Shown: positions 60,347 to 64,000 of the stretch, in pieces | Layout: the number at the start of each line of letters is the position of its first letter | Position numbering within the stretch: the stretch's first letter is position 1 | Assembly (NCBI GenBank): GCA_963842945.1 | Contig: CAWJIM010000021.1 | Span: 32,001 to 96,000, forward strand | DNA length: 64,000 bases | Direction: 5' to 3' | Source of the DNA: an uncultured Gemmatimonadales bacterium | Lineage (GTDB): Bacteria > Gemmatimonadota > Gemmatimonadetes > Gemmatimonadales > GWC2-71-9 | The notes under the pieces: model-generated | What the model saw: the letters and a program-made list of their open reading frames with translations, nothing else | Database searches by the model: none | Told to the model about the DNA's origin: nothing | Made by a program: the position numbers and the translations under genes

Positions 60347-61837
60347 ATGCTTACTCCCGCTGAGGAGTTGGGACTGAGTGGGCTGGCCCTGGCCAGCCGA
60401 GTTCAACACGCCCTCTATCGCCTGGGCGAGGACCGGCTCATCCGGCTGGTGGAAGACCTGCGCGAGGAGGCAGTGGCTCGCCATATGGTCTATTTCCACG
60501 ACGGCGAGATCGAGCCGATCCGGGTGCTTCCCCTGCCGCTCACGGTCCTGCCCGACCAGCTAGCCTACATCCACCATGTCACTCTCACCGTGCAGAATGC
60601 CCTCAAGCGCCTCCCTCGGCTCTATCTGGACGACCCAGACGTGCGGCAGATTCTTCGGTTGCCCGACCCGGAGGAGCGCTGGCTGGTCGAGTGCTGGGGC
60701 ACCAGCCAGGAGGAGCACAACTCGGTTTTCGGACGCATGGACGCCCTGATCGATTTCACCAGCCCCATGTGGAAGAACTCATTCCGTCTGGTGGAGCCCA
60801 ACCTGAGCGGGATCGGCGGGCTCCACATGGTCCCCCACAGCGAGCGGCTGGTGTCGGAGCTGGTGGTGCCCGCGCTCCGGCGGGAGGACCCCGAGCTGGA
60901 CCTCGAGTGCGGACATGACATCCGGGAGCTCCTCTTCCAGGAAATTCTGGATCATATGGAGGCCATCGACTCGGGCCCACAGCTCTGCCTGATCGAAGCC
61001 AAGTACTCCGGCGACGGCCCCGACGAGCAGGAGCAGCTGTGCCGCTACTTCCACGACCGGCACGGGCTGCACGTGATGCATGCGGATCCGGCCGAGCTGG
61101 AGCTGCAGCAGGGTGAGGTCCGCTACTGTGGTACCCGGGTAGATCTCGGATATCGCGACTACAGTGTGACCGATCTCCTGGAGCTGGAGGAGGAGGGCGT
61201 CAGCGTCGAGCCGATGAAGCAGCTGCTGCGCCAGAACCGACTGATCTCATCCATCGCCGCCGAGCTGGACCAGAAGAGCTGCTGGGAAGTGCTGACCGAC
61301 CCGCTGATCGCCCAGAAGTACTTCAGTCCGGACGAACGGCTGGTTTTTCAGCGACATGTTCTCTGGACCCGGCTAATCTCCGACCGGCGGACGGTGCTCC
61401 CCGAAGGGCATCTGGGCGAGTTGCTGGAATACGTCGCCCGGCACCAGGATGACCTGGTGCTCAAGCCCAATCGCTCCTACGGCGGCGAAGGGGTGATGCT
61501 GGGCTGCGCGGTGTCTGATTCACAATGGCGCGACACCATCGAAGCGGCGCTGGCCGATCCCGGGAGCTGGGTGGCGCAGCAGCTGGCGACCATTCCGGTG
61601 CGGGAGTTCCCGGTGCTGCGTCCGGACGGAACGCTGAGCGTCGAGCCGTTCTACACGGTCATGGGTTTCGCGGCGACCGAACACGGAGTGTCGATTCTGG
61701 CCCGCGCGTCGCAGAAGCAGGTGGTCAACGTGGCCCAGCGGGGCGGGCTTGCTGCCGTGCTGGTGAGTCGCACGGCGCCGGTGATCGCAGCCCCGGCCAC
61801 TGCTCTTGATCTTCACCTCAGTTGGGGGAAGCTTTAG
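60347..61837 (+). CDS. Circularly permuted ATP-grasp (glutathionylspermidine synthase-like) ligase
   Basis: GRMD...LVEPN..GIGG, DQKS, LVLKPNRSYGGEGV.LG, WVAQQ, R.S...VVNVAQRGG. Confidence 0.8.
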   Translation: MLTPAEELGLSGLALASRVQHALYRLGEDRLIRLVEDLREEAVARHMVYFHDGEIEPIRVLPLPLTVLPDQLAYIHHVTLTVQNALKRLPRLYLDDPDVRQILRLPDPEERWLVECWGTSQEEHNSVFGRMDALIDFTSPMWKNSFRLVEPNLSGIGGLHMVPHSERLVSELVVPALRREDPELDLECGHDIRELLFQEILDHMEAIDSGPQLCLIEAKYSGDGPDEQEQLCRYFHDRHGLHVMHADPAELELQQGEVRYCGTRVDLGYRDYSVTDLLELEEEGVSVEPMKQLLRQNRLISSIAAELDQKSCWEVLTDPLIAQKYFSPDERLVFQRHVLWTRLISDRRTVLPEGHLGELLEYVARHQDDLVLKPNRSYGGEGVMLGCAVSDSQWRDTIEAALADPGSWVAQQLATIPVREFPVLRPDGTLSVEPFYTVMGFAATEHGVSILARASQKQVVNVAQRGGLAAVLVSRTAPVIAAPATALDLHLSWGKL

Positions 61838-61840
61838 ATC

Positions 61841-62254
61841 ATGAAAGCCGGCCACAAGTTCCTGCTCGGCGCCGCCATCATCGTCAGCAGCGTGGGCTTC
61901 CTCATCACCGAGGGGGTCAAGGAGACCGGGGTCTACTTCCTGACCCCGGCCGAGCTGGCGGCCAAGACGGCCACCGATCCGAGCTTCGTGGAGAACGTCG
62001 GGTTCAAGGTGGGCGCCAAGGTGGTGCCCGGGTCGGTCCGGCGGGATCCGGGGGCCCAGGTCATCGATTTCCAGGTCTCGGACGGGATCAAGACCTATCC
62101 GGTGACCTACCACGGTCTGGTGCCGGATACCTTCACCGATGCCAATGACATCGAGGTCGTGGTCGAAGGGCGGTTGGGCCGGGACGGTGTCATCCGCGCC
62201 ACCGATGTGCTCGCCAAGTGCGGCTCCCGCTACGAGGCTGTTCCCAAGGCCTGA
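61841..62254 (+). CDS. ccmE: Cytochrome c maturation heme chaperone, Cys-type (CxxxY)
   Basis: YFLTP.EL, V.Y.G.VPDTF, VVVEG, LAKCGSRY. Confidence 0.9.
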   Translation: MKAGHKFLLGAAIIVSSVGFLITEGVKETGVYFLTPAELAAKTATDPSFVENVGFKVGAKVVPGSVRRDPGAQVIDFQVSDGIKTYPVTYHGLVPDTFTDANDIEVVVEGRLGRDGVIRATDVLAKCGSRYEAVPKA

Positions 62255-62261
62255 GCATTCC

Positions 62262-64000
62262 ATGACACTCCTGGGTCAATTCGCCCTCTGGGCTGCGCTC
62301 CTTCTCGGTCTCTGGTGCGTGGTCATCTCCTTCTCCGGCCAGTGGCGCGGGCGGCCCGAGCTGTGCCCAGTCGGTGGTCCGCTCGGTGTACGCCGTGTGT
62401 CGGCTGCCTGGTCGTGGCTTCCATCGCGCTGTGGAAGGGGCTCGTCTCCCACGACTTCAACATCGAGTACGTCGCCGCCTACACCAGCCGCAATCTGCCG
62501 TCCTACTACATCTTCTCCGCCTTCTGGGCCGGCCAGAAGGGCTCCCTGCTCTTCTGGGCCGTGGTGCTCTCGCTCTTCGCCGCCGCGGCCCAGCTGCTGA
62601 CGCCCCGCCGCTACGCCCACCTGATGCCCTACGTCGCGGGCGTCACCACCGCGGTCGTGTGCTTCTTCGTCAGCGTCATGATCTTCGCGGCCAATCCCTT
62701 CGAGCGGCTGAGCTTCGTTCCGGCCGACGGGCGGGGGCTCAATCCCCAGCTGCAGAACGTCGGGATGGTCATCCATCCGCCCATGCTGTACCTGGGTTAC
62801 ATCAGCATCACCATACCGTTCGCCTTCGCCATGGCCGCCCTGCTCTCCCGAAGGCTCGACACCGGCTGGATCCACGCCATTCGGAAGTGGACCCTGGTCT
62901 CCTGGCTCTTCCTCTCGATCGGCATAACCCTGGGGATGTGGTGGGCCTACGTGGAGCTGGGGTGGGGCGGATACTGGGCCTGGGATCCGGTGGAGAACGC
63001 GAGCTTCCTCCCCTGGCTCACCATGACGGCCTTTCTCCACTCGGTGATGATTCAGGAGAAACGGGGAATGCTCAAGCGCTGGAACTTCGGTCTCATCATC
63101 GGGACCTTCCTGCTGAGCATCTTCGGCACCTTCATCACCCGCTCGGGCGTCATCGCCAGCGTGCACAGCTTCACCCAGTCCAACGTCGGCTACTTCTTCC
63201 TGGCCTTCCTGGTGGTGGCCGCGGTGCTGTCGTTCACGCTGCTGTATACCCGCTGGGGGCTGCTGGAGGCGGACGTTCGGCTGGAGTCGATGGTGAGCCG
63301 GGAGGCGGCGTTTCTCTTCAATAACCTGCTGCTCGTGGGCATCGCATTCTCGGTGCTTGTGGGGGACGCTCTTTCCCATTCTGTCGGAGCTGGTCAAGGG
63401 CACCAAGATCACCGTCGGCCCGCCGTTCTTTAATCGGGTGAATGTCCCACTCGGCCTGCTGCTGCTGGGCCTTACCGGCGTCGGGCCATTGATCGCCTGG
63501 CGGAAGGCGTCAACCGCCAACCTGCGGCGGCAGTTCATCGCGCCGGTGGCCGCCGGCTGGTCGACGCTGGTGGCTCCTGCTCGCCGCGGGCATGCGAGAC
63601 TTCTACGCCCGGTGGCGCTGGCGCTGGCCGGGTTCGTGGCCGGCACCATCGGGCAGGAGTTCTACCGGGGTATCCGGGCCCGCCGCCGGATGCACGGCGA
63701 ATCGGTCCCGCTCGCGTTCGCCCGGCTGATCGGCCGGAACCGGCGGCGCTACGGCGGGTACATCGTGCACGCCGGCATCCTGATCTACTTCGTGGCCTTC
63801 GCCGGAATGGCCTTCCAGCCGGCAGCAGGAGGCCACGCTCAAGCCGGGCGAATCGGTGGAAATGCAGAGCCCGTTCGGCCACACCTATCGGTTTACTCAC
63901 CTGGGGATCTCCCAGTACGAGGCGCTGAACCGGGTGGTCTCCGCCGCGACGGTGGAGGTTACCAAGGACGGGCGGCGCGCCGGGCTCATGACCTCGGAGA
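62262..64000 (+). CDS. ccmF: Heme lyase CcmF/NrfE subunit (partial, frameshifted)
   Basis: WAGQKGSLL, GLNPQLQ...IHPP.LY.GY, WAYVELGWGGYWAWDPVENAS, TRSG...SVHSF, RRRYGGYIVH. Confidence 0.95.

Overview
GC-rich bacterial chromosomal window. Gene families and style suggest Gemmatimonadota; this is an inference, and no marker-gene phylogeny was possible. The left part is mostly core and housekeeping genes: nfo, pckA, an HD hydrolase, PP2C plus a triple-FHA protein, an ABC exporter, uvrA, an aromatic amino-acid decarboxylase, alkA, holB, moaC, lytic transglycosylases, ilvE, an EmrB-type MFS pump and tRNA-Asn(GTT) with a probable decayed integrative-element junction. Many single-base frameshifts break otherwise intact genes, core genes included, and look like long-read indel errors. 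The most striking region is about 39.9-56.8 kb. It holds a tightly coupled four-gene minus-strand operon: a ~9-heme lipoprotein cytochrome, a ~20-heme membrane-anchored NapC/NirT-like cytochrome, a beta-barrel porin-like protein and a ~16-heme cytochrome with di-heme repeats. That is about 45 heme motifs in total and looks like a complete quinol-to-surface porin-cytochrome electron conduit. Alongside it are a Hsp20/USP/CBS stress cluster, TonB, YceI and a receiver-only two-component pair. Most of these units share an upstream TTCA-N7-TTCA 11-bp-period direct-repeat motif, suggesting one regulon. Cys-type ccmE and ccmF follow at the right end. Other candidates are a divergent pair of an atypical M32 carboxypeptidase and a circularly permuted ATP-grasp ligase, and a DUF2946/CruR-like putative arrest-peptide uORF upstream of a TonB-dependent receptor.
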